Below are positions 52,533 to 64,000 of a stretch of DNA of 64,000 bases, one piece after another. Each line of letters starts with the position of its first letter. Within the stretch, counting starts at the first letter, position 1. Origin of the DNA: Octopus vulgaris (lineage: Eukaryota). The position numbers and the translations under genes were made by a program. Location of the stretch: the NCBI GenBank assembly GCA_951406725.2, contig OX597836.1, forward strand, positions 20,770,001 to 20,834,000. The letters are read 5' to 3'. Under the pieces are notes generated by a model that saw only the letters and a list, made by a program, of their open reading frames with translations, was not told where the DNA came from and did not search any database.

Positions 52533-52716
52533 ATCATCATCATCATCATCATCATCATCGTTTAGCGTCCGCTTTCCATGCTAGCATGGGTTGGACGGTT
52601 CAACTGGGGTCTGGGAAGCCAGAAGGCTGCACCAGGTGCAGTCTGATCTGGCAATGTTTCTACAGCTGGATGCCCTTCCTAATGCCAACCACTCCGTGAG
52701 TGTAGTGGGTGCTTTA
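52533..52716 (-). mobile_element. SINE-like family C 3' part
   Basis: Near-identical to 1938-2125. Confidence 0.88.
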
Positions 52717-52801
52717 CATATATATATATATATATCAGTCAGTAATTCATATATCCGATAAATAAGCACACTCTAAAGCATTAGAGCAGTAATGTACTTT
52801 A

Positions 52802-52917
52802 TTTAGCAAGTTAAACGTTATGGTTGGTCATTGAGTGACCATTGGTTTTGCTACGTGCTTTATAGTTGTGAAACCAATGGTCACTCTATGACTGGCCATA
52901 ACATTTAACTTCCTAAA
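52802..52917. repeat. Long imperfect palindrome (47-bp arms); possible fold-back MITE
   Basis: tttagcaagttaaacgttatggttggtcattgagtgaccattggttt versus the reverse complement of the right arm, tttaggaagttaaatgttatggccagtcatagagtgaccattggttt (41/47). Confidence 0.88.
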
Positions 52918-53140
52918 AATAGACACACACACACACATAAAGTGAAAACATTGCAAATAACAATAACTTAGCAGATAGTTACAATAAGAACATATCAAAC
53001 TGTCAGTCTGTCATTGAAATATATAGAGTTCATTGGATGTTGTACATACACAAGCATACACACATACATATGTACACACAGACACATACTATACATACAT
53101 ACATATATGTGTGTGTGTATGTATATATATATATATATCC

Positions 53141-53378
53141 TCATCATCATCATCATTTAATGTCCGTTTTCCATGCTAGCATGGGTTGGACGGTTTTGAC
53201 TGAGGTCTGGCAACCAGATGGCTGCACCAGGCTCCAGTCTTGATCTGGCAGAGTTTCTACAGCTGGATGCCCTTCTTAACGCCAACCACTCCACTACACT
53301 CTCGGAGTGGTTGGCGTTAGGAAGGGCATCCAGCTGTAACCGTCCAACCCATGCTAGCATGGAAAAAGGACATTAAAT
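53141..53378. mobile_element. Family C fragment with inverted duplication of itself
   Basis: Right arm 53303-53378 is the reverse complement of left arm 53155-53292 minus a ~64-nt internal segment. Confidence 0.9.
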
Positions 53379-54535
53379 ATATATATATTAACACGAAGAC
53401 TAGAATTTATGGTATTATTTTTAATTTTGTAGTTACAATTGTTTCTTTACAAATATGGTGAATGCATTTTATGAACATAGATATTAATATTAATTACAAT
53501 ACAAATATAATGAATTGATAAAATATTTACACATATATTGTTTTAATGCATAACTACTCTGAAACTCATATACATGATCAGGAAATTCAATTTGTAAGCA
53601 TTGTGTTTTTCATTTAAAATAAAACATCAACATACAACTGGTAGTTGGAATAGGCAAATGTTCTTCATGATAACACAGCTTGGATTATAATCCATTCGGG
53701 ATACTATATATATATTTCGCTCGCCTTCTTATACAATATGTGTGTTAATCTAAAATAATTATATAGAATATTGATAGTAAATTTTTAAGACACACTCATA
53801 TGTATTTATACTGGAAATATCAGGCATACGTATACACACACACACACACACACACATACAATTACATACTCATGTGCATGCTTTCATGTAAGTCTGATCA
53901 TTTAGAATGACAGCTTCTTTTATCTTTTTAGAGGTAGGGCTTGTGTGTGTATGTGTGTGTGTGCATGCATATCTTTGTGTGTCTTTGTTTTTGCCAATTT
54001 GCAGATACAAAATGTGACAAGGAATTAGAAGGATTGAGATTTTATATAAAAAAAAAATCATTTGGCCAACAAAGGAGTGTTGCACTCCATGGTCTTCCCA
54101 GGCCAACCATCTGAGGTTGATGAGAAAGACACAGGTGCAAGATGATGGCTGCAGGAATTAAAGAAGAAAAGGAGGGGATTTCTAAAGGACTGACCCCCGA
54201 CTGTTGTCTTACAAAGAAAAAAGACTGGGAGAAAATGGTTCATGCAAAGTGAGAGGTATGAAGGTGGACATAGCATTGGTAACAAGAGGATGTGAAAGAA
54301 ATGCTGTATAATAAATAACACCCTAAACCTCAACATACATCAAACTATGAAATCATTCCTTCACTCAGTCTAATCAACCAAAGAGTAAGCTTATATATGG
54401 TTGTTTAAAATGCTGTAAATATCAGCTAAATCTTCCTCAACTCAAATTACATCATACTGGCTTGGAGGATATAAAAGTCTTACTCAAAACCTAAATCAGT
54501 TAAAAACAAGTTGTTGTTGTTGTTATTATTATTAA

Positions 54536-54571
<36 letters not shown>

Positions 54572-54686
54572 GACTATATAGGACTGAGGTAACTCATCCA
54601 GAAGTTATACACAAATAAATAGAAGAGTGCACGCTAGATGCCGAAATATTGTTCAACCAATTTCACATGATATGGTACTCTTCTAG

Positions 54687-54721
<35 letters not shown>

Positions 54722-55034
54722 GGCAATGGGCTGGCATACTGGGTGGAGTTGGTAGAAAAAAAGCAAAAGAAGCTGAAGTGTGTGTGTGTGCATGTGAGGC
54801 TGGTGTCTCCCTGTCTTGACATCATGTGATAGTTGTAAAGTAGTGTCACTGTCCTTCATTTTCAACCTCCCATGGAAATATGTCTGGCCATAGGGATATA
54901 TCACCTTACTTGGAAACAGGTGAGGGCTGATGACAGGAAGGGCATCTGGTTGTAGAAAATCTGCCTCACCAAATTTTATTGAACACATGTGACCATGGGA
55001 AATTGGACATTAAAACAATTATTATTATTATCAT

Positions 55035-55698
55035 TGAGAGTGCAACACATGCCATCTAAGTGACACTGGGGTACAAATAAATGAAGCCCAATATATTTAT
55101 CATGACAACCTGTCTGTTAAGGGTACACCAGGTACATGCATCACAATCATATGTGCATGGCATGTGACTTCATATTACGATAAACAGTACATGACCTTGC
55201 AGGTGGGACTGAGAATTTTCTTCAGATTGAGTAGTCCATCCCACTAAAAAGGTCCTCAAGGGTTGTTTAAGGATGATGAATGGAACACCCATGTTACCAG
55301 CAGTGAGTTATTCAAATCCTAAAGAATCTCTCTGAACACATGGCTATGATATTCCTCAACTATTCCTGCTCATGATCAAAGATGCACATATTGTCAGCCA
55401 CTAAGGGACATGCTCAACTGGTTATGGTCTAGCAACTGACCAGCAAAATCTCTGACATTGAGCAGAATACTTGCTGTAGCCCATCTTACACACCAAGACA
55501 AAATGTACATGCTTACACTTCCAATCAGTTAAGATCAGAAGTTGCCTTTCATCCTTTCGGGGTCAATTAAATAAGTACCAGTTACGCACTGGGGTCGATA
55601 TATTTGACTTGATCCGCTTGTCTATCCTTGTTTGTCCCCTCTGTGTGTAGCCAGAAGTCATTATGGCCACTGCTTGGTATTGTATTGTATCAGGGCAT
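55035..55698. mobile_element. Unclassified interspersed repeat with nested SINE A fragment
   Basis: Complex block between (ATT)n tracts that I recognise as a common octopus repeat (memory only). SINE A internal piece 55543-55651 is flanked by a cagaagt duplication. Confidence 0.5.
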
Positions 55699-55732
55699 TA
55701 TTATTATTATTATTATTATTATAATTATTATG

Positions 55733-55772
<40 letters not shown>

Positions 55773-55853
55773 TATTATGATTATTATTATTATTATTATA
55801 AATTATTATTATTATTATTATAATTATTATGATTATTATTATTATTATTATAA

Positions 55854-55912
<59 letters not shown>
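55698..55912. repeat. (ATT)n microsatellite
   Basis: Direct inspection. Confidence 0.96.
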
Positions 55913-55916
<4 letters not shown>

Positions 55917-56856
55917 TAAGCAACAGAAGAAAATATAAGCTTATGATAGACCCACTACAAGATGACTTGTTTTTCAAAAAATAGCAACCAAATTCTCTCA
56001 TACATTTTGTAAAAGCATAGAGTGTGTCAGACAATGAAGCTCTAGAAACAGAGACCAGCAACAGGTGAGATGTGACTCACAAATGGAAGACTGGGATGTT
56101 CTTTGTGGATCTTGGATCTTTTCTAAAAATCATTTTTCAATTTTAACATTTGTGCATCATGGAAACAGTTGATGGTTTTTGGATATTAATTTTGTGTCAT
56201 GATTCGTTTAATTTTTTCTCACATAAACATTATAAATGATGGAAATGTGAGGGAGATAATTCATTGGCAATGATGTCATCATCATCATCATCATCTTAAT
56301 GTCCGCTTTTCCATGCTTCCTGGGGTGAGATGGGGATGTGAGGGAACATTTTTATTTGTATGATATGATATATATACATATGGGCTATGGTAAATGTGAA
56401 AATAAAAACTTAAAACTGGGCTATGGGCAAATGTGTGTATGTGGAGTGGTAGAGTAAAGACAAAAAATTAGACAAAGAAACACAAACAGAAGTTGTCAGT
56501 TATGAAAAAAACAAAGAAATTAAGCTGCCAATTTATGCCTTAAAATGATGGAATGGTCATGTTTGAAATGCTTTTGATCATGAGTCTGATTGATCAAGGT
56601 TGACTTGGGGCTAAACAACAACAACATACAAACTAAGGGACCACGAGTGAAGGATGAGAAAAAAGAAACATTTTAGTGAGTTTTATTTTGAAATATTTCA
56701 ATTTATAAAACTGATGTTTTCATACAGAATTTGAGAAAATAAGTGAAAAGAAGAAAAAAAAGTAGAAAGTCATACACAAGTAGTGAAATGAATTTCAAAA
56801 TCAATATCAATAAAATATTATTTATTGATAAAAAAGACCTCATTCATTCATTCATG

Positions 56857-56910
<54 letters not shown>

Positions 56911-57471
56911 TACACATATACACCACGCACACACATATATGTATATTGTATAAACATATATGTATATTGTATAAACATACATGTATATTTACACACACAC
57001 ACACACATTTATTTTATACCCTACCAAGAGAATCTGGAATTAAATTAGATTGAAGACTGAAGTAGTGAAAGGGATTTGGATTGGAATATATTGGAAAATT
57101 ACAAACTTTAATTGAAATCTACTTTTCTGCTATGAAGCGAACCATTTCAAAGACAGAAACACAATAAATATCATAATACCTCAGCTTATTACTGGATATT
57201 AAAATTCCTTTCAAATAAGTATATAGCATCCTCAAAGTGGCATATGTGTATTAAAAAGGATGATATTATGAATAAATTCCTATCTGAGCCTATCCTTTTT
57301 CAACCATATAAGCAGAGAGCCATCTCTACCCTCATCTCATAAAACGTTATTTGATTGCCTAAGGATAAGTTTGCTTTGAGTGATTTACTTCAATCTGAGA
57401 GCTACGTGACTTTTTAAATTGAAAAAAGCAGCAGACTCGGAGGTAACTGGTGATGAGCAGCAGTTGGCACC

Positions 57472-57720
57472 TTGTTATCTCCCCTACTTTCCTCCTCCCG
57501 TCTGACCATTTTGTCCGAGTCAGACGCCATGATAGATCGTTAGCCACTACACACATTTTTTTCTCTCCTTGTTTTTTTCTGTGTCCCTTTCTGTAGAAGA
57601 GCGTAGGCTCGAAACGTAAAAGACTTTTTCTATTCCTGAGCGTTATACTAATACATCTGTTTGTTTTGTACACCACCTGTCTTTGTCTTTTGTTTTTTTC
57701 GTAAACTTTCCCTTTATATA
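57472..57720 (+). mobile_element. Penelope-like fragment (family D, copy 3) with hammerhead-like motif
   Basis: cccttt-ctgtagaa-gagc-gtag-gctc-gaaacgta-aaagac at 57585-57624. Confidence 0.65.
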
Positions 57721-58096
57721 AAATCATAGCCAGCTGTCACCCACAAACAAGTATGGCATAGTAACATGACCCATGCTTTTGCTAACTGTTTTTATGTAGT
57801 GATGAACAGACATAGATGCCCTTTTGACTCAAAGACCCAGTGGCACAGCCAAGATGTAATAGTTGTAAGGAGAGAGAATTCCACAATCACTTGGCTTGTA
57901 TTTATTTTCAGTTGAGTAAACAAGAGCAATGCCAGTACATATGTCTTCCTACAGCATTCGACCCTCTCCAAATTTGTATTTTTTTATTTATACCTAAGTT
58001 CTCATTTCTGGAGTCTTACAATGTTTAATCGCAAATAACAAAATTCAACCAACAATATTTTTGTTACACAATATAATCATGTATTCTAATAAAATA

Positions 58097-58470
58097 CTAG
58101 CAGTATCGCCTGGCGTTGCTCGGGTTTGTAAGGGAAATAACTATGTAAGCATTTTTAGAGATGTAAAGTATAATAGCCATCTCAATATGGCTAACCACAA
58201 AGAGGGGTGTTACTGTAGCTTTTTATGTTCTGAGATTTAATAATAAATTTTTAGAGAGTCACTTCCCTTATATATGCCAAAAATGCATTAAAAATGGGAA
58301 AAATTGATGGTAAATTTTTTTTAATCGTAGACTCATCGTAGATGCGCGCTAATACCCAGAAGGGCTCGATATGAATCATGACTATAAACTGCACCGCAAA
58401 ATGTGGGAGTAGTTAGGAATCTAAATCGGAGGAGACAGACAGCACACAACCTCTCTTTTATATATAAAGA
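58097..58470 (-). mobile_element. Non-autonomous Helitron, complete
   Basis: Minus strand: A|TCtttatatataaaag ... cccgagcaacgccagg imperfect hairpin ... tactgCTAG|T. 5' TC, subterminal hairpin, 3' CTAG, AT target site, no TSD. Confidence 0.88.
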
Positions 58471-60584
58471 TATTTTACTAGCGTAGGCACATGGCTTACT
58501 GGTTAGGGTATTCTGCTCACGATCACAAGGTCATGAATTTGATTTGCAGCAGCATGTTGCTTTGTTTCACATTCTAGCCCACTCAGTTGGCAAAAATGAG
58601 GAGTACCTGTAATTCAAATGGGCCAGCCATGTCATACTTTGTGTCACACTGAATATCTCTGAGAACTATGTTAAGGTGTCTGTGGAGTGCTCAGCCACTT
58701 GCATGTCAACTTCATGAGCACTGTTCCATTGATTGGATCAACTTGGAACACTCATCGTTGTAACTGGCAGCAGAAACACACATTTAACTCTGTTCAAGAA
58801 GACACTTTTGAAAATGTCAACGTACTTCAAATTCTTCGAAAAAGATATAAATATATACAAAGGGAAAGCAAAACGAGTTTGATATCAAATCAATATCATA
58901 TAAAACCAGACTTAATATTTTAGCTTTCCCTTCAACGTTTCAGTAGCGATATGATAAACACTTACAAAACAACAATATGATGTCGAAATTTCAACAAACA
59001 AGGAAGTTTACAAGCTCATAAAAAATCATCACCACAAGATAATCACATAAATATATAAGCAATCAAACAAGCCTTGAAAGCACTAAATCTTCAACAATAG
59101 GGAACTACAAACTGTGGGGAACTTCACACAGTTGCTCATTTTGCTAGAAATGGTAGCAAAATTTCTTTCAAATCACATCTTACTACAATGGACAAAACAG
59201 ATGTAAACAAGCCACGTATAGAAAATTGGTATGGCCATGATTGCAACATCATTGATCATAGATCGGTTTGATCAAGCTTATTCCGGGGGCTAAGCAACAA
59301 CACAGCAGCATAGATGGGTCCATTTTCATTTGTTGCAAACTCTTTTGAAAAGCATTGCAATTTAAAATGCAGAGGTGCTAACTGTTGATTTATCTGTTAT
59401 TCACACTTTCAGGGTATTATAAGAACGTTTCAAATTCAAAATGTTCAATATTGTATCAAACCACAAACTTTGCTGAGGTCACTGAGCACTGGGGCCAACC
59501 TAATCAGCAATACTCAATACCAACATTTGAGGACCTGTACTAATGTAAGAGATCCTCCTCCTCCTCCTCTTCATCATTATCATCACCATCATCTAACATC
59601 CACTTTTTCATGAACAACATTGCTTGTGTGACAGCAGTGCTCGTTTACAATCATTGCTGGATGTCAAGATAAGGGTATATATTAGACACACATGTGGGGC
59701 TTCTTTCAGCTTCTGTCTACCAAATCTGCTCACACGGTTTCGGTCTAACTAAGGCTATAGTAGATGACACTGACCCAAGGTACCATGTAATGGGACTGAA
59801 CCTGAGAATATATGGTTGGGAAGCAAGCTTCATAACCACACAGCCCCATGTGTGCCTCATTTCAAATTCTGCCATGGTTCATATAATATAATACCGATCA
59901 AATTTCATTGAATTAGCTTTACCCATCCACCATACTTGAGGGCTTGTGTCTATGTAAGATATACTATCAAGTCCTTTCAAAAACACTGTTGACCAAACAA
60001 TGTTTCACAGAAGCTCAAGAGGAGGAAAAAATGTGAGGGAACAATTAGGGGCTTTGAGCTGCTGCTGCTGCTGTTATTGTTTTTGTTAGCCCCAAGACTG
60101 CTTTGATCAGGTAGACTTGTAGTGAAAGGCATTCCAGCTTTGACCATCTCAGCTTTAATATTTTCAGATAAAAAGGTGTTTGTGTGAATGTTTACAAAAC
60201 TATGCTGAGCAATAGTCATGAAGTTTGATATCATTCTTGGTATGCTCAGCTACAGCTGGTGACATCAAGGTTTGTGGTCCAGCCACAATCAGTGGTATCA
60301 CTATTTCTGGCTGGACAGCAACCAGTGACACTTGTTGACATTTCCTGTCAACAAATTGTCTCCTAGCATTGCAGAATTTGCAGAATATAAAAAAAAACTC
60401 CCAAAACACAGACATGATAAGCGAGTAAGGGTTGGCAACAAGAAGTGCATCCAATTGCAAAATTCTGCTTTAATTTCCTTTCATCAAAGACATAAATAAC
60501 ATGAAAAACAGACAATAAACAAATGAACAAACAAAACTGTACTATAGAGTACAGTGGTCATTGTTTTCTCTTTTTAGAGAGTAC

Positions 60585-60968
60585 TTTTTACCTTTTACCT
60601 GTTTCAGACATCAGACTGTGGCCGTGCTGGAGCATCATTTTGAAGGATTTACTCAAACAAATTGACCTCAGTGCTTATTTTAAAGTCTGATACTTATTCT
60701 ATTGGCAACTTCAGCTGAACTGCTCTACTGTTGGTTTGTTTATGGAGACGTAAACAAACCAACAGCAGCTGCCAAATGAAGGGCAGCAGGACAAACACAG
60801 ATGCATACATGGCAGGCTTCAGCACAGTTTCTGCACCAAATTCACTCACAAGTCATTAATTGACCTGAGGATTTAAAACACTTGCCTAAAGTGCCACACA
60901 GTGAGACTGAACCCAAAACCATGTGGTTGCAAAGCGAGCACCTTAATCATACTGCCACGCCTACACCT
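60585..60968 (-). mobile_element. SINE family B, diverged
   Basis: cttttacctgtttcag...gactgtggcc.tgctggagca ... aaccatgtggttg. Confidence 0.75.
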
Positions 60969-62787
60969 TATAGGGTAAGATCTGAAGGAGATTTAGCTAC
61001 TATTTCTAGCAAGTCAAGCAAACATGTAGTAAACTCCTCTATTGTTTAGACTCTATCAGTGGAGATAATTCTAGTCGGAGCTTCAGGGAGATTCTGGAAA
61101 ATCTGAATGAAGGAAACTTCTATCCCCCATTGAGACATTATATTGGTTACAAAATACCAAAAAAAAAAAGGAACAAAAAAATACAAAAAAAAATTAAGGC
61201 AATCTTCTGAAAGGGGATAATGTCAGTTTCAGCAACAACACCGCAAAAATAGTGGAATTAGGCTTTTATACTATATTTGACTCTAATAGGATTACTCATA
61301 CACATTTGATCAAATCACGAGGAATGAATTGAAAGCTAACCAATTAGGCCAAAGTACATTGATTCACTAAAATGGAATTATGTAAAAATCTCTAATCCAT
61401 TACTCTTACATCTGTACGAAATTTCCATCAAAAAAATAATTCTATGCAATTCGAGAAAGGTTTTGCTACAGTTCACCGGTTCTATGGCCAAGGGAATATG
61501 CTAACATAATATGAAAAACATACTATATTTTCTGAGATGAAAAAGAAGAAAAAAAAAAATTAAAGGGATGGGGAGAGGTAACTTTGTAGGTGAATTTTGG
61601 AAAATATATGCACATCATTTTTTCTTTTAAAGACTTTCTGCTTTTTTTACTTTCTCTCTCTCTCTCCTTCCTCTTTTTTCATCCCCCCTTCTCTTCACCC
61701 ATCTTACTCTCCTTCTACGTTTCTCTCTCTCTCTCTCTCTCTCTATTTATGTCTATTTCCAACAAGCATATTTATTTTTGATTTATAAATATATTCTAAA
61801 ATGGGTAATATCTTAAAAAAGAATTAAATAAAAATAACTTTTTTGTGTGTGTATGAGAGAGAGAGAGAGAGAGAGAATATGCACATGCACTCATATAGAT
61901 ATACATACACACAATACCAAACAGTGTGTGTAAATGTGTATAGACATTTGTGATATGTGTATGAGTGTGTATGTGTATGTATATATATACATATATACAT
62001 ACACACACATGCATGTGTATACATGTGTGTGTGCGTGTGTGTGTGCGTGTGTGAGTGCATGTGTGTAACACCTCTTAAAACATCCAACAACTACAAAAAC
62101 TCAAACAAAACTGAAAAAGTATATCAACCCAAAGAGATTTTTATTTTAAATGTTAGAGAACCTTTCCCTGAAAGAAAACAGAACTCTAACATAAATCAAC
62201 CAACAGCACATACATATGTATTATGTAAAGGATACATGTTTACAGTGATGATATCATCATCGTCATCATCGTTTTAATGCCCACATATCAATGCTTGCCT
62301 GTATTTGATGAGGCAGATTTTCTACAGCTGGATGCCTTTCCTTTTACTGACCCTCACCTCTTTCCCATTGCTAGTTATGTTATTCATGGAAGACTGGATA
62401 CAAACGACCTCGCTCATTTAGAACCATCCTGTGATGTCAATCCACCAATATACCACCAAAGGGTGGTATACACTTACACACACACACTAAGTCTATGTCT
62501 TTCAGTGATGTGTGAACAAAAATATTGTAGACAATACTGAAAAATATGCCTAACCCCAAAACAATGGGGTGTTTTTGAATGAAAATACTCTGTGTGGTAT
62601 TTATTCTATTGCAATGTCACTCTTGAAACCCAAAATATCATGAACCAGATTGGCTCATCAGGGACTTATAACTAACAATGCTATTTTCCTCCACTCTAAC
62701 TGCGATAAAATTAAAAATAAAAATACGTAAGGCACTGAGATTGGCATTTTACCATTTCTGCATTTGCTTAACATCCTAAATAATAAC

Positions 62788-62989
62788 GGTTTCAAAATTT
62801 TGGCACAGAGCCTGCAATTTCATGGGAGGGGGCTAGTCAATTGTATCAACCCCAGTACTTGACTGGTACTATTCTGATCAACCCTGAAAGAATGAAAGGA
62901 AAGTTGACTTCAGTGGAATTTGAAATCAGAATGTGAAAGCTAGAAGAAATGCTGCTAGGCACTTACCAGAAAGGCTAACACTGCTTAAA

Positions 62990-63055
<66 letters not shown>

Positions 63056-63970
63056 GATGATGATGATGATGATGGACTCTCTTATTGAAGATGACGTGCA
63101 AGTGTTCAGTTTTTGCTGAATGACCTACACAAATGATTAGTTTATAGTGATCAAATGTTTGAGTCACACATTAGCTCACTTCCTTCATCAAATCAACATT
63201 GCCTGAATAGGTGCATGGTGAATCAGGTGTCAAAGTGGTCACAGAGCATCAGACAAAGCATTTTTCTCAAGAACATGATGCACCATCTGGTTTGGGAATT
63301 GAAACCATGATCTGGCAATCCTAAGTGCAACACCCTAACTACTACGTCATACATCTTCAATAATAATAATAATAATTTATAATTTAGGCACAAGGCCAGA
63401 AATTTGGGGTTATGGTGGTGTTGATACATGAATGGTACTTCAATTTATAGATTCCAAAAAAGATTAAAGGTGTAGGTGTGGCCATGTGGTAAGAAGTTTG
63501 CTTCCCAACCACATGGTTCTGGGTGCAGTGCCACTGCATGGCACCTTCAGCAAGTGTCTTCTACTATAGCCTTGGGTTGACTAAATACTTGTGAATGGAT
63601 TTGTGTTAATCCAAAAATAATAATGTTTTCAAATTTTGGCACAAGACCAGCAAGTTAGAGGAAAGGTGCAAATCGATCATATTGATCCCCATCTTCAACT
63701 GGGACTTATTTTATCGACCCTTGAAAGGATGAAAGGCAATGTTGACCTTGGCGGAAACTGAACTCAGAGTGTAAAGACGGACAAAAAGCCTCTAAGCATT
63801 TTGCTTGGTGTGCTAATGATTCTGCCAGCTTGCCACCCAAAAGTAATAATAATTATAAGAATTTCTTCAATAGACAAAAGGTCAGAAATTTGGAAGGGAA
63901 GGAATAGTCAGTTTTATCAACATTTAGTACTTGACTGGACTTTGTTCTGTTGACCCAATACGTACAAAAA
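62788..63970. mobile_element. Cluster of diverged SINE A, G and B fragments with (AAT)n
   Basis: A copies at ~62788-62985 and ~63625-63835 (-), G at ~63190-63345 (-), B head at ~63468-63603 (+). Confidence 0.72.
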
Positions 63971-64000
63971 TAATAGTTGACCATAGCAAGATCTGAACTG

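Overview
AT-rich eukaryotic DNA, dense in microsatellites and retroposons. The SINE families match what I recognise from octopus (coleoid cephalopod) genomes; that assignment is from memory, not a search. The window is almost entirely intronic or intergenic, and nearly all ORFs in the track are artefacts of (TA)n, (CA)n and (AAT)n repeats or SINE minisatellites. It contains at least five SINE or SINE-like families in many copies, three Penelope-like fragments carrying a variant minimal hammerhead-ribozyme motif, a complete non-autonomous Helitron, several Tc1/mariner, hAT and piggyBac-type MITEs, and CR1, RTE and Gypsy relics. The best-supported host-gene signals are on the minus strand: a 147-nt phase-symmetric coding exon (37826-37972) and a probable alternative first exon (ATG at 24819, donor after 24765). 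I cannot name the gene, and other short exon candidates on both strands are low-confidence. Most worth following up are the CUGUNGA hammerhead variant, head-body-body SINE dimers with an identical junction, a three-family chimeric SINE, a cluster of fold-back structures at 52.1-53.4 kb, and hairpins overlapping candidate splice sites. No clearly novel system can be established from sequence alone.
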